The notes under the pieces were generated by a model, which had not been told where the DNA came from, did no database searches, and saw only the letters and a list, made by a program, of their open reading frames with translations. This document shows, one piece after another, positions 19,730-29,291 of a stretch of DNA of 64,000 nt (positions are counted from its first letter, which is position 1; the number at the start of each line of letters is the position of its first letter). The DNA lies in assembly GCA_963708095.1 (NCBI GenBank), contig OY970182.1, positions 2,355,345-2,419,344 on the forward strand, written 5' to 3'. The position numbers and the translations under genes are program-made. The DNA comes from an uncultured Pseudomonadota bacterium (GTDB taxonomy: Bacteria > Pseudomonadota > Alphaproteobacteria > Acetobacterales > Acetobacteraceae).

Positions 19730-20578
19730 TCACTCACAGATGCGCTCCCGTAACTGTGGATCAAAGCCCGGCTTATCCCCAGGCACCAGCGCGGCACTGT
19801 GGATCGCGGTCGGTGATCGGCTGAACCGCAACCCCTCTTCCCCCCGGTGCCGGACCGGTTCGATGCGATACGCTAGCAACCGCCCTGACCGCGACAGCCT
19901 ACGCAGAGCCGCGACGAAGTCGGAGTGCCGGGCTGCACTTCCGGAACGATCCCGCAGCTGGTCGAGCGAAATCCACCAGCCTGTGGATATCTGCTGGGCG
20001 TGTTTGCGCGCCAGTAGCCAGAGCCAGCGTTCGATCCCACCGGTCAGCGCGAAATACCGCGGCTCGACCGCCAGCACCCGGCGCTGGACGATGGAAGCAA
20101 CCAACCAGTCGGGGACGGTGATCACGATCCCCGCGGGCGTGGCGCGCCAGGCCTCGACCCAGTGGAACCGGGCGAGCAAGCCGTCGGCGGCACCGACCGT
20201 GGTCGTGATCTCGGTCGTGGCGAGCCGGTTCAGCGCCGCGGCGAGTCGCACATACTGGCTGCGCCCGGTCTCGCGCCTGACGAAGCGCAGAATGCGCCGC
20301 AGCGGCGCGATCAGCGTGGGCGCGGCGCGGAGCTTCTCGTCCTGGGCCTGGATGAGCTGGGCGGTGGCCCAGAACAGGATGTCGGCGTCCCAGATGGTGG
20401 CGATGGCGGTGGCGCCCGGCGCCGGCGCGACCAGCACCGAATGACGCCGCCCCTGATAGCGGATCGGCGCCGTGCGCGGCGTCTTGGCCAGGCTGAACCA
20501 GGGCCAGTTCATCAGATCGACCGGCGCGCGCGGGCGCGCATGTTCCAGGATCGCCGGCAGGGGAGGCTCGACCATCAT
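19730..20578 (-). CDS. repA: Replication initiator protein A (RepA/RPA family)
   Basis: 282 aa from MMVEPPLP. WPWFSLAKTPR...IWDADILFWATAQL is typical of this family. ATGA overlap with the upstream HTH gene. Confidence 0.8.
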   Translation of the reverse strand: MMVEPPLPAILEHARPRAPVDLMNWPWFSLAKTPRTAPIRYQGRRHSVLVAPAPGATAIATIWDADILFWATAQLIQAQDEKLRAAPTLIAPLRRILRFVRRETGRSQYVRLAAALNRLATTEITTTVGAADGLLARFHWVEAWRATPAGIVITVPDWLVASIVQRRVLAVEPRYFALTGGIERWLWLLARKHAQQISTGWWISLDQLRDRSGSAARHSDFVAALRRLSRSGRLLAYRIEPVRHRGEEGLRFSRSPTAIHSAALVPGDKPGFDPQLRERICE

Positions 20579-20847
20579 CGGCGGGCGAACACCGCCGGGC
20601 GCCCCGGCCCGCGCGTGGTGGCGGCACCGAGGCCGGGATCGGAGGTGGAAGTCCGGGCACCGGCTTCGGCCCAATGCTGGAGGTCCTCGAGGCGATAGAC
20701 GACCCGGCCGCCGATCTTGCGGTAGGCGGGGCCGGTGCCGAAGGTGCGGTGCTTCTCCAGCGTCCGACCGGAGAGGCCGAGGAACTTGGCCGCCTCGGGG
20801 GTGCGCAGATAGCGCGGCGGCAGGTTGGGAAGTGGCTCTGGCTGCAT
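20575..20847 (-). CDS. Excisionase/AlpA-type helix-turn-helix DNA-binding protein
   Basis: YLRTPEAAKFLGLSGRTLEKHRTFGTGPAYRKIGGRVVYRLEDLQHW. Confidence 0.75.
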   Translation of the reverse strand: MQPEPLPNLPPRYLRTPEAAKFLGLSGRTLEKHRTFGTGPAYRKIGGRVVYRLEDLQHWAEAGARTSTSDPGLGAATTRGPGRPAVFARR

Positions 20848-21006
20848 GGTGGTGACCCTCGGCGTCGGGCGGCCGGCAATCGGCGCGCGTCCGCACGCAG
20901 GATCGGCGTCCGATGGCGCCGTGCTCAGGGCCAATTCTGGGGGGTGGCCGGAATCGGCCAGGGGGACGCGGAGGATGGCGCCGGCGTCGCGTCGGCTTGC
21001 GGCTGG

Positions 21007-21582
21007 CTACCCGGCTAACGAGCGCCGCTGGGGCATCAGCAGCCGGAACACCGCCCCGTCGCGCCAGCGTCGTGCGGTGGCGAGTAAGATGCGGATGCGA
21101 CTGCGGGCGCCGCTGTCTTCCCAGGGGGCGGGCGGCTCGCCGATGACGGCGCGGTGGATGTCGCGCTCGCTGGCGCCCGCGCCGGCCAGGTCGAGCGCCC
21201 AGGCCATATAGGCGACTTTCAGACCGCGCGAGTGCGGCCGAGCCGGTGGGCTGCGCGGCACCGGCGACACCCGGGGCTGGGCGGCGAAATGCCAGAACGC
21301 GCGAGCCGCCTCGAGCCGCTCGGGGTGCCATTCATCCCAGGGGATGCATGGCGTCAGGATGGCGCCGGGTGCCGGCGGCTCGGGGCCGGGCAGCAGCAGG
21401 TGATGCCGGATGCCCACGTCCGGCGCGACGATCAGGTGGTAGCCGTCCGGCGTCAGCCTGCCGACGTGGCGGGCACCCCATCCGTCCCGCTCGAATCGGA
21501 TCAGGGCGCGGTCGGCCGCCGCACCTGCGGCGACGACAGCCCGGACGATGCGGGCCGTGGCGTCCGCGTTCCAGAACAGCAT
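21007..21582 (-). CDS. DUF2285-like regulator-associated protein
   Basis: 191 aa from MLFWNADATARIV. Recognised only by resemblance to ICE-borne DUF2285 proteins. Confidence 0.55.
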   Translation of the reverse strand: MLFWNADATARIVRAVVAAGAAADRALIRFERDGWGARHVGRLTPDGYHLIVAPDVGIRHHLLLPGPEPPAPGAILTPCIPWDEWHPERLEAARAFWHFAAQPRVSPVPRSPPARPHSRGLKVAYMAWALDLAGAGASERDIHRAVIGEPPAPWEDSGARSRIRILLATARRWRDGAVFRLLMPQRRSLAG

Positions 21583-21601
21583 CGCGTGGTCGCCAGTCGT
21601 G

Positions 21602-21811
21602 TCAGGGCTTTCGAGGAAATCGCAACCTCCATCGTTCGGAGATTGCGTTCGAGGCTTCGGGCAACGGGTCGTGTTCGACCTGTGTGACCGCCTCGTAGTC
21701 TGCACGGTAGGCCGTGCTCCGTCGCTGCAACTCCCAGACCAGCCCGTCCGGCGATAGGCTCTCGATATATCGATACCGGGCGGCCAGCCGCTCTCGCGTG
21801 AAGGGCCGCAT
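21602..21811 (-). CDS. Small conserved protein (DUF6499-like) preceding the DUF2285 gene
   Basis: MRPFTRERLAARYRYIESLSPDGLVWELQRRS. Typical partner of DUF2285 genes. Confidence 0.5.
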   Translation of the reverse strand: MRPFTRERLAARYRYIESLSPDGLVWELQRRSTAYRADYEAVTQVEHDPLPEASNAISERWRLRFPRKP

Positions 21812-21967
21812 ATCGCTCCTCCGACGCGACAGCGGTTCTGACGCGCCCACCGAGATTGATTCGGACCTGCGGGCGAATTCGCAACCCAAGTCATGGAACT
21901 TTCATAATGATCGCAATTGACGCAGGACAGGACGCAGTTGTTCGTGTTTGTTTCTGTTTAACGAGTC

Positions 21968-22255
21968 TCAGACTTGTCCGTCGAACGAACCGGCGCGCAG
22001 CATTTGACGCCAGCCAGAGTTGGCCATCCACTTTGCCCGGGCAAGATGCGTTTCATAAGCGCGACGCGCGCGGGCAGGTTCCGTCAGCGGGTCGATCTGA
22101 AGTGCCTCACGTGCAACCTCGTCCCACGGCACGTTCTCGCGCTCGGCATCGAGCAGGATGACGTAGTGGATGATGTGCAGAAGGTCGTAGTCGGTGAGCT
22201 GATCCGAGGTGGGAGGCTCGTCGGCGACCGGCGCGTCGAAGCTCGGCCTGATCAT
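21968..22255 (-). CDS. Conserved hypothetical protein divergent from the XRE regulator
   Basis: MIRPSFDAPVADEPPTSDQLTDYDLLHIIHYVILLDA... Coding-like, but the family was not recognised with certainty. Confidence 0.5.
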   Translation of the reverse strand: MIRPSFDAPVADEPPTSDQLTDYDLLHIIHYVILLDAERENVPWDEVAREALQIDPLTEPARARRAYETHLARAKWMANSGWRQMLRAGSFDGQV

Positions 22256-22410
22256 CGGTGTTATTCCCCTGCGGCCAATTTTTGGCATGCCACCGTATTC
22301 GGAATCGGACGAATAGCGCGCCTTGGGATGTCGCGCACGGCCAGTCCCGTGACAAGTCCGCGTATTATAGTGCGTAGCGCCAGGATACGCGATTGCGCTC
22401 CATCCTGCGG

Positions 22411-22695
22411 ATGGACATCCGGAGGATCTTTGGCGCGAATCTGCGGCATTATCGCCTGGCGGCCGGGCTCAGTCAGGAAGCGGTGGCTGAGCGTATGGGC
22501 GTTGACCGTGCCCATGTCAGCAGCATGGAGCGTGGCAGACAGAACGTGACACTGATCACGCTCTGGCACCTTGCCGATGCGCTGAAGATCCAGCCTGCCG
22601 ATCTGCTCGACACCACCCCCAAACCCCCCGTGGAGACGTCCCGCCCCGCGAGACGTCGGCTCAGCACCCCGGTCCGCCGCCGGCGCATCCCCTGA
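22411..22695 (+). CDS. XRE-family helix-turn-helix regulator
   Basis: IFGANLRHYRLAAGLSQEAVAERMGVDRAHVSSMERGRQNVTLITLWHLADAL. The ATG at 22411 is preferred over the TTG at 22393. Confidence 0.85.
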   Translation: MDIRRIFGANLRHYRLAAGLSQEAVAERMGVDRAHVSSMERGRQNVTLITLWHLADALKIQPADLLDTTPKPPVETSRPARRRLSTPVRRRRIP

Positions 22696-22766
22696 TCCGA
22701 CACAGCGTCGACGCGGCAAGTTGGCCATGGGCCGGACCCGTGCGGGCCCGGCTCGGTCGCCGGCGT

Positions 22767-22937
22767 TCAGAACGGCACCTCGGCCTCGGTGATCGGCGAT
22801 TCGTCCCGGCCCCAGAGGATCTCTGTCTCGGTCACGCCGTCGGGCCAATTGTAGGTCTCGACTGCGATGATCTCGTAGCCGGCCTCGGTCATGGCGGCGT
22901 TGAGGGCCGGGCAGTCGGTGTGGCGGATGATGGTCAC
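22767..22937 (-). CDS. Possible 56-aa small protein (GTG start)
   Basis: Not in the track (below the size cutoff). AGGGAG lies 6 nt before the GTG. The translation VTIIRHTDCPALNAAMTEAGYEIIAVETYNWPDGVTETEILWGRDESPITEAEVPF looks protein-like. Confidence 0.35.
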   Translation of the reverse strand: MTIIRHTDCPALNAAMTEAGYEIIAVETYNWPDGVTETEILWGRDESPITEAEVPF

Positions 22938-23311
22938 GGTCTGCTCCCTTGCTGGTCAGCCGATTGCTGACGGGAGCGGCTGACGCCGGCCTTCGGGGTG
23001 GCTCAGCCCCTGTGGTGCGCAACCGGGCGGGGTCGGGGTGCGACCGGCGCGGACCGCTTGGGGTCTGCGACCGGCGCGGCCTGACCCAGCTGTAGGTTGC
23101 GTGCCGAAGCCGCGCGCAGGGCTCTTCCCCTGGGCGCGGCGCCGCAGGCGGGGTTGAACCGGCCCGACCTCCGGCCGGCGTGACAATGGGAAGCCCGCGG
23201 AGGCGCCCTCTTCCTCCTTCGGGCGCGCGGGAGGTGACGGCGCCGTCCGCCGGCCGGGCGCGTGCGTACACGCGAAGTGCCCCGCCCGGGTGGGGCGGGG
23301 CGCCGCGGTGG

Positions 23312-23614
23312 TCAGCGGGACCAGATCAGATTGTAGCTGCCCTCCGCCTCGGCCTCGACCAGGCTCGCGTAGATCGGCTGCGGGAAGCTCGGGTCGTCGA
23401 GCTTGACCGAGAGGTATTCACGCCCCGTTTCCTTCGCCTTGCGGGTCCAGGCGGCGCCGAGTTCGACGTTGCCGGCGGCGAAGACCCGGAAGTCGGGCGC
23501 CTTGTCCGTGCCGCCCTCAGCGGGGACCAGCCGCGCCTTGGCGTTGATGCTGAGGGTGCGGACCGTCCCGGTGTAGCCGTTCGTGTCCTTGCTGAAGCTG
23601 CCGATGATCGCCAT
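23312..23614 (-). CDS. DUF736-family protein
   Basis: [31 protein letters not shown]...[16 protein letters not shown] is the hallmark of DUF736. Confidence 0.8.
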   Translation of the reverse strand: MAIIGSFSKDTNGYTGTVRTLSINAKARLVPAEGGTDKAPDFRVFAAGNVELGAAWTRKAKETGREYLSVKLDDPSFPQPIYASLVEAEAEGSYNLIWSR

Positions 23615-23808
23615 GGGAAGTCTCCTTCGCTTGGGTTCTCGGGGCCGCCCCGTGCGGCCTCGATGGCGGTCCTGGGGCCGGGAGGCGATCGACCCGCACC
23701 GCTTGCGGCCGCAGCGCAGCGGAGGACGGCGCGGCGAGACTTTCTTGTCTCGCGAGGAATGCCGCGCCCGGGCGGCAGGGGAAGAAAGTCGCGCCGACGC
23801 CGTTGCGG
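23615..23808 (-). promoter_or_regulatory. Class-B structured leader, copy 1 (upstream of the DUF736 gene)
   Basis: Shares CGCAACGGCG, TCGCGAG and CCGTCCTCCGCTGCGCT with copy 2. Nested stems: GACTTTCTT/AAGAAAGTC (23738-23746 / 23782-23790) enclose GCCGC/GCGGC. Confidence 0.45.
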
Positions 23809-24363
23809 GCAGGCGATCGGGGCGCAGCCCGCACCCCCTGGCCAAATCCGCCCATCGAGAAGCCGGACGGACGGCACCGCATCCCAGCAGGGAGGCGACG
23901 GTGGCGAGCCGCGGCGGGGGTGATCAAGGTGTCACGATGGCACCCTGGCGGGAGACCTCCTGCCAGCACGCCGACCGGATGGCATGGGCGAACGGCGGCG
24001 CAGTGAGCTCAGATGCGGGTCTGCGGTGGCGACGATCTCGGCGGATCCAACACGCCGACCGGGTGATACCTCTGGTCGGCAGGTTGCAGTCGCGCCGGTC
24101 ACTGACACCGACAAACAGCCCGATCTGGCAGGGATCGAGGAGCTGGTCCGCCCGCCAACGCCGGTTACGCGTATCGCCGCGAAGGAGGTCGGGCCGCGAA
24201 GACGATGCTCCCAGCCTTGCCGCCTAGCTCAGGAGGCTCTTCGGGACTTGATTGGCGGGTTGATCATCAAGTTGGAGGAAGTGGACGCATGACAAATTGC
24301 GCGGCGGGTCTTCCAAGGAAGTGGCCGTAGCAACCGGAATTGCATGACGCACCTATGATGGTG

Positions 24364-25704
24364 TCATGATCCGAGCGCAATGCACAAGGTTCGCAGACCG
24401 TGCTCTAGGTCGTCACGGCGCTCTGGTGCACCGAGAGACAGGCGTACGGCATTGGGGACACGCCCGACCGCAAAGGCTGCGCCGAGAGCAACGCGTACAC
24501 CCAACTCTAGAGCGCGTTGTGCAGCCTCATCGCTGCGCAATATCGCTGGAAGATGCAGCCATAAATGCAACGATATTGGATGTGTTTGTCTACGCCATCC
24601 CGCCGGGAGCAGTTGTGCGGCAAGCGCCTGACGGGCCTCAGCCTCGGCGCGTTTCGCCCGCACCAGGTGGACCGCAGTTCCGTCGGCGACCCAGCGTGAG
24701 GCGATAGCGGCGCCCAACGACGGGCTTACCCAGACGGTGGCGCGTACCAGATCGGCCGCACGTCTGGCCTGATCGGGCGTGAAAAGCCACGCGCAACGCA
24801 GCCCGGGCGCAAACGCCTTCGAAGTGCCGCAGACGAGCCAAGTTCGCTCAGGCGCCAATGCCGCCAATGGGGCAGCAGCATCTCCCGCAAGCCAGCCATA
24901 CACGTCGCTCTCGATGATTTGGAAGTCGAGACGGCGAGCCAACGCCACCACCATCTCGCGTCGGCGCACGGACATGACCGCTGATGTGGGATTTTGCACC
25001 GTCGGCATGCAATATAGAGCGGCGATCTTGTGCCTACTCGCCACACGGAGCAGTGCGCGTGGACGCAGCCCCCCTTCATCAAGCGGCACGGCGACCACCC
25101 GCAGATGAAGCGCCGCTGCCGCTGCCTTGATACCCGGCCAGGTGAGCGCTTCGACGGCTATCGTGTCACCCGGTCGGCACACCGCCAACAGCGCCAGGAA
25201 GGTGGCGTGCTGGGAACCGGCGCACACCACGACGCGCCCCGGATCGTTGGGCAGCAAGCCATCGCGCGCAAGCCACGCCGCCCCGGCCGCCCTGTCCTCG
25301 TCGCGCCCCGCGTGCGGCTGGTAGCCGGCTAAGCCTGGCTCCCGCCGCAGGATTGCAACCGCTGCCTTGTAGAAGCGGGCAGCAAGGCCGGGCACCGGCA
25401 TGGCATTGCGCGAAAGGTCCAAGATCCCCTCGGCCTCCGTGCCGAGCCGGAATTCCGCAGCGTCCGCCTGGGCCGGAGCACGAACAAAGCTGCCACGTCC
25501 CACCTCGCCGACGGTCAGACCGCGGTTCGCGAGCAACTGCATTGCTCGTGTTGCGGTGTTGACCGCGACGCTGCGTGTCTCAGCGAGTGCCCGGTGGGTT
25601 GGCAGCCGCTCGCCGGGTCGCAAGCGACCGGCGCGGATGTCTGCTTCCAGATCGGCGGCAATGGCTACGGCGAGATCGACCACGACGCGTTGTCCCTGAG
25701 ACAA
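24364..25704 (-). CDS. MocR/PdxR-type regulator (GntR wHTH fused to a PLP aminotransferase-like domain)
   Basis: 446 aa. The N-terminus RLRPGERLPTHRALAETRSVAVNTATRAMQLLANRGL is followed by a fold-type I aminotransferase-like body. Divergent from the phzF-like gene. Confidence 0.9.
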   Translation of the reverse strand: MSQGQRVVVDLAVAIAADLEADIRAGRLRPGERLPTHRALAETRSVAVNTATRAMQLLANRGLTVGEVGRGSFVRAPAQADAAEFRLGTEAEGILDLSRNAMPVPGLAARFYKAAVAILRREPGLAGYQPHAGRDEDRAAGAAWLARDGLLPNDPGRVVVCAGSQHATFLALLAVCRPGDTIAVEALTWPGIKAAAAALHLRVVAVPLDEGGLRPRALLRVASRHKIAALYCMPTVQNPTSAVMSVRRREMVVALARRLDFQIIESDVYGWLAGDAAAPLAALAPERTWLVCGTSKAFAPGLRCAWLFTPDQARRAADLVRATVWVSPSLGAAIASRWVADGTAVHLVRAKRAEAEARQALAAQLLPAGWRRQTHPISLHLWLHLPAILRSDEAAQRALELGVRVALGAAFAVGRVPNAVRLSLGAPERRDDLEHGLRTLCIALGS

Positions 25705-25769
25705 TTCAACTATTGTCGCACCCTACGGTGGTCCGCACAATGACGGTCCAACTCACGAGGTCAGAGCCG

Positions 25770-26702
25770 ATGCTGCGCCGCTTCCAAACCGTTGATGTGT
25801 TCACCTCCGTCGCATTCAGCGGGAACCCGCTTGCCGTCGTCCTCGACGCGGAGGGGCTGACGACGGCGCAGATGCAGGCCGTGGCACGCGAGTTTAACTA
25901 CGTCGAAACCAGCTTCGTCCTGCCTCCGCGGGACCCCGCGCATGCGGCGCACGTCCGGATATTCACGCCCGATCGCGAGCTGCCCTTCGCCGGCCATCCG
26001 AATGTCGGCACCGCTTTCGTGCTCGCGCGGCTGGGCGAGGCGTTCGGACGCCCGGTGGGTGACGAGATCATGTTCGAGGAGGGCGCGGGCCTCGTCCCGG
26101 TTACGGTGTTGCGGGAGGATGGTGAGGTTGCCGGCGGTGAGTTGACGGCACCCCAACCATTTAGACGCGGTCCGGAAGCGGAACCGAGCCACGTCGCCGC
26201 GGCCGTCTCGCTCGACGTCGAGGATATTGCGACGTCCCGGCATGCCCCGGTAGTTGCGTCAGTGGGACTGCCTTTCCTGGTGGCCGAACTCGGTAGCCGG
26301 GATGCCCTTCGCCGCGTGGTGCCCGATCCGATGGCGCTGGCGCACGTGCTGAGGCTTGCCGGCGTGTCCGGTCTGTATTTGTACACGCGCGACGTGGCAA
26401 AGGGGGACGCTTCCGACACGAGATGTGATCTGAGTGCCCGCATGGTGTGCCGGATTCCGCTAGTGGTCGAGGATCCGGCGACAGGCAGCGCTACGTGCGC
26501 CCTCGTGGCCCTGCTCGCGCATCTCGCACCAGACCAAGACTTGGTTGTCGCGACGACGATAGCACAGGGAGTGGATATGGGCCGTCCCAGTTTACTGGAG
26601 GCTCATGTGCGCAAGTGTGGCGGATCTGTCGAGGCCGTTCGTGTCGGGGGACGCTGCATCGAGGTGATGCACGGGACCCTGCATTTGCCCAATGGGATAT
26701 AG
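25770..26702 (+). CDS. PhzF-family isomerase
   Basis: MLRRFQTVDVFTSVAFSGNPLAVVLDAEGLTTAQMQAVAREFNYVETSFV. Confidence 0.9.
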   Translation: MLRRFQTVDVFTSVAFSGNPLAVVLDAEGLTTAQMQAVAREFNYVETSFVLPPRDPAHAAHVRIFTPDRELPFAGHPNVGTAFVLARLGEAFGRPVGDEIMFEEGAGLVPVTVLREDGEVAGGELTAPQPFRRGPEAEPSHVAAAVSLDVEDIATSRHAPVVASVGLPFLVAELGSRDALRRVVPDPMALAHVLRLAGVSGLYLYTRDVAKGDASDTRCDLSARMVCRIPLVVEDPATGSATCALVALLAHLAPDQDLVVATTIAQGVDMGRPSLLEAHVRKCGGSVEAVRVGGRCIEVMHGTLHLPNGI

Positions 26703-26781
26703 GCAAGTTAGTTCCACGGAGCGGATAGACCCGCCAGACGACCTTGACTCCCACAGGCCCCACAGAGCGCAAGGATGGTTC

Positions 26782-27201
26782 ATGACCGAAAGCGATGCGG
26801 CGCCGATTCGACGGCTCAACCCGCCGGAGTTGGGCGATCCACCTGGCTATTCGCAGATAGTCGATGTGCGTGCAAATCGAATAGTGTTTATCGCGGGCCA
26901 AGCTGCTCTTGATTGTCAAGGAAAGCTGGTCGGGAAGGACGACTTCGCGACGCAGGCCGACCAGGTCTTCCTGAATTTGGCCATGGCCCTCAAGTCGGCT
27001 GGTTGCACTGCGAGCAATGTTATGAAGTTAACCGTTTTTCTCAAAGACATGGATAACCTTGCGGCGTATCGAGAAGCGCGGAATCGATTTTTCGCGATGG
27101 TCGATCCCCCGGCCGCCCCCGCAGTTACTCTGGTCGAGGTATCACGACTATATGCGCCAGAATTCCTGATTGAGATTGAGGCTATCGCAGCAACTTGGTA
27201 G
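26782..27201 (+). CDS. RidA/YjgF-family deaminase
   Basis: GYSQIVDVRANRIVFIAGQAALDCQGKLVG...VMKLTVFLKDM...LIEIEAIA. Confidence 0.9.
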   Translation: MTESDAAPIRRLNPPELGDPPGYSQIVDVRANRIVFIAGQAALDCQGKLVGKDDFATQADQVFLNLAMALKSAGCTASNVMKLTVFLKDMDNLAAYREARNRFFAMVDPPAAPAVTLVEVSRLYAPEFLIEIEAIAATW

Positions 27202-27280
27202 ATTTGGCTGCTGTAGACTAGTATAGAACGACCTCGTATCTACGAACGGACTGAGACCTCAAGTGGCAGGAGCGTGCACG

Positions 27281-27739
27281 ATGTCGACTGGAATCACTGT
27301 TCTTGCGGCGGTGGCAGGAGATGCCATCGAATGGCAGACCCTCTGGGACGGATATTGTTTTGAACTCAACGCCAGCGTACCCTGAGCGGTGACAGCGGGC
27401 ATCTGGCAGCGCATTCTTGCACCAAACGAGCCGGTCTGGTGTCTTCTTGCCTGCCGTCCTGAGGATGAGGTCGTGGGCCTGGCCAATTATAACCTCCATC
27501 CCCACACTCGGAGTCTTCGCTCCGTCTGCCATCTGGGGGACCTCTTCGTAACTACGGAAGCGCGTGGTACTGGCGCAGGGCGAGCGCTGATCGAGGGTCT
27601 GGCTGCGCTCGGCGAGACACACGACAGGCGGCGAGTCTACTGGCACACGCACGAGAGCAACTATCGCGCGCGATCCCTCTACGGCCGGCTTGCACAACGG
27701 ACAGACTATATCCGCTACGATCGTGACATCGATGCATGA
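27281..27739 (+). pseudogene. GNAT N-acetyltransferase interrupted by an in-frame TGA (or truncated, restarting at GTG 27389)
   Basis: The ATG at 27281 has AGGAG 9 nt upstream. 34 GNAT-like codons (MSTGITVLAAVAGDAIEWQTLWDGYCFELNASVP) run into TGA at 27383-27385. The same frame then continues through the acetyl-CoA motif TTEARGTGAGRAL. Confidence 0.55.
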
Positions 27740-28019
27740 CTGGAGGACGGGTCGGCGATTATAGTCATAGTACCGCGATCCGACCGGCTACCTGGTCGTT
27801 CGGTAACCGGCCGCGCGCATCAAAGAACAGCCTTGCTGATCACATACTATAGATTTGCCGGATCAGCCGCGCTACGACGGACGCCGGCTTGGGTCTGTGG
27901 CCGCGACGCCGGGGCAGTTCTGGGGTAGTCGGTGACCCACCGCTGTTGTCGGCCTTGCGGGTGGGGAACGGCGAATCGACCGCGGGCCGGAGCCGCTTTG
28001 CTGCTGGGCAAGGCGGCGC

Positions 28020-28967
28020 TCACACGCCGCCCTCCCCGAACCGCCACACTGGAATGCCGAGACCCCGGGCCTTGTCAGCAAGGTTCTCGCAGATGCCCGA
28101 GCCCGGGAAGACGATCACCCCGATCGGCATCGTCTCGAGCATCCGGTCATTCCGCTTGAACGGTGCCGCCTTGTTGTGCCGTGCCCATTCGGGCTTGAAC
28201 GCGATCTGCGTGACGTTGCGGGAGTTTGCCCAGCAGGCGGCGATGCGTTCGGCCCCTCGCGGGGTGCCGCCGTGCAGCAGCACCATGTCGGCGTGCTTGC
28301 GATACACCCGGTCGAGCACCGCCCAGATGCGCCCGTGGTCGTTGAAATCGACCCCGCCGGCGAAGGCGATCCGCGGCCCGGCGGGCAGCAGCACCTCGGT
28401 CTCGGCGCGGCGCTTGGCAGCGATGAAGTCGCGGCTGTCGATCATCGCAGCGGTCAGGGCGCGGTGGTTGACCATCGATCCCGCACGCGGACGCCAGGCC
28501 GAGCCGGTGTGGCGTTCGAACAGCTCGGCGGCGTGGTCGCGGAGAAGCTCGAAGGCGTTGCGCCGCTCGATCAAGGTCAGCCCCTCGGCGATCAGGCGTT
28601 CCAGCTCGACCGAGCGGATTTCCGAGCCGTCCTGCTCCTGCTGGCTGTGGCGCTGCCGGTCCTCGTTGGCGTCGAGCTCGCGCTGCACGCGGTCCACCGT
28701 GCGGTGGAAGAGATTGACCTGCGACCAGAGCAGATCGGCGAGGTCGGGTTCCAGCCGCGTCTCGGAAAGGGTGGAGACGAGGGCGTCGAAGATGTCGGCC
28801 AGCGCGCCTTCGAGCCGTGCGGCCTCGGGCAGTGGACGCGGATCCGGGTCGTCCTGGTAGGGGCGATGGCCGTAGAGCTGCAGCTCGTCGAGCAGGCGGG
28901 CGGTCGGGGATGCGGCGTGGGCTGGCTCGGCATCGTCGTGGTGCCGGGTGAAGCGGTCGGTCGCCAT
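28020..28967 (-). CDS. DUF2493-domain (SLOG-like) protein
   Basis: 315 aa from MATDRFTRHHDD. The C-terminus is IAFAGGVDFNDHGRIWAVLDRVYRKHADMVLLHGGTPRGAERIAACWA. Confidence 0.7.
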   Translation of the reverse strand: MATDRFTRHHDDAEPAHAASPTARLLDELQLYGHRPYQDDPDPRPLPEAARLEGALADIFDALVSTLSETRLEPDLADLLWSQVNLFHRTVDRVQRELDANEDRQRHSQQEQDGSEIRSVELERLIAEGLTLIERRNAFELLRDHAAELFERHTGSAWRPRAGSMVNHRALTAAMIDSRDFIAAKRRAETEVLLPAGPRIAFAGGVDFNDHGRIWAVLDRVYRKHADMVLLHGGTPRGAERIAACWANSRNVTQIAFKPEWARHNKAAPFKRNDRMLETMPIGVIVFPGSGICENLADKARGLGIPVWRFGEGGV

Positions 28968-29170
28968 GATCGGTGTCCTCGTTCGGCTGGCCGCGCCCAT
29001 CGCGGCCTTCACGGCGATCCCTTGGCCGGGGCCGGGCCGGGGCTGCACCGCCAAGCTCCGCGCGGGCGGCCGGAGCGCAGCGGAGGACGGCGGGCGGCGG
29101 CTATTTTGCCTCGCGATGCAAAGCGCCCCTTCTGGGGCGCGGCGGAAAATAGTCACCGCCCGCCGTTGCG
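28968..29170 (-). promoter_or_regulatory. Class-B structured leader, copy 2 (upstream of the DUF2493 gene)
   Basis: Same invariant blocks as copy 1 (GCGCAGCGGAGGACGGCG at 29075-29092). Stems are in equivalent positions but with different sequence: CTATTTT/AAAATAG (29101-29107 / 29146-29152) enclose GCGCCCC-TTCT-GGGGCGC (29123-29140). Confidence 0.45.
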
Positions 29171-29291
29171 TCCCCGGCCCGGTTCTGGCCCGATCGCCGC
29201 TCTCAGAAGGCCGTGGGCACGGCCCACTCCCGGACACGAGGCACAACGGCGACCGGCGGCGTTCTTCCGACACGAGGCGTTGCCAGGTCTC

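Noticed and set aside
23279-23303. GC hairpin CCCCGCCC-GGGT-GGGGCGGGG just downstream of the DUF736 stop, as an intrinsic terminator.
   Set aside because: No U-tract follows it in gene sense. It is kept only as an unannotated hairpin.
23984-24292. 102-aa ORF with a VTDTDKQ-like string vaguely reminiscent of a serine recombinase N-terminus.
   Set aside because: The similarity is only a few residues long. There is no catalytic Ser context, no ribosome-binding site and no downstream domain.
27383-27385. Reading the in-frame TGA in the GNAT gene as selenocysteine or programmed readthrough.
   Set aside because: No SECIS-like hairpin immediately downstream was noticed, and GNATs are not known selenoproteins. 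A nonsense mutation or sequencing error is simpler.
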